Source: a virus
Taxonomy: Duplodnaviria > Caudoviricetes
Virus record (IMG/VR): IMGVR_UViG_3300023179_000140
Span: 1-54,081 of that record
DNA length: 54,081 bases
Direction: 5' to 3' (one strand)
The notes beneath the pieces are model-generated. The model was not told the DNA's origin. It saw nothing but the letters and a program-made list of their open reading frames with translations, and searched no databases. Of this stretch, positions 54,025 to 54,081 are shown one piece after another. A program made the translations under genes and the position numbers. How positions within the stretch are numbered: the stretch's first letter is position 1; each line of letters starts with the position of its first letter.

Positions 54025-54081
54025 ATGCGCGGTAGAAAACAAAGGGTCGCGCGGTCGGGGTCGGGGTCGGGGTCGCGGTCG
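54025..54081 (+). CDS. Ser/Gly/Arg-repeat protein, 3'-truncated (MRGRKQRVARSGSGSGSRS…)
   Basis: GGAGGT RBS; tandem GGTCGG/GGTCGC hexamers. Confidence 0.55.
   Translation, partial: MRGRKQRVARSGSGSGSRS

Noticed and set aside
1-54081. Alternative genetic code or stop-codon recoding
   Set aside because: Hallmark genes are full length in code 11, and all three stop codons end tightly coupled genes

Overview
The window is part of a tailed dsDNA phage or prophage genome with a podovirus-like layout; no host genes, integrase, tRNA or CRISPR array were recognised. (1) 1-6251 (+): tightly coupled small accessory ORFs ending in an N6-adenine and a C5-cytosine DNA methyltransferase. (2) ~41850-6308 (-): a ~35 kb late operon with a beta-helix protein, large terminase, portal, scaffold, major capsid, adaptor/tail-tube-like proteins, ejection-like proteins (including a 1686-aa polyvalent protein with a GNAT insert and LPD38-like C-terminus), holin-like genes, a metallophosphoesterase and a distal block of fibre-like genes. 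(3) 44198-50655 (mostly +): replication module with SF2 helicase, VRR-NUC nuclease and primase-polymerase/DUF3987, followed by an origin-like repeat region. (4) 51227-54081: small-terminase-like gene, operator-like repeats and early genes. Two observations stand out. First, four distal late genes, three of them with tail-fibre or adhesin-like sequence, begin with Sec-type signal peptides predicted to cleave before Gln, which suggests a phage-encoded exported fibre system. Second, the helicase has motifs V and VI moved to its N-terminus, ahead of the Q motif and Walker A. All product calls come from motif reading and gene order; no database searches were run.
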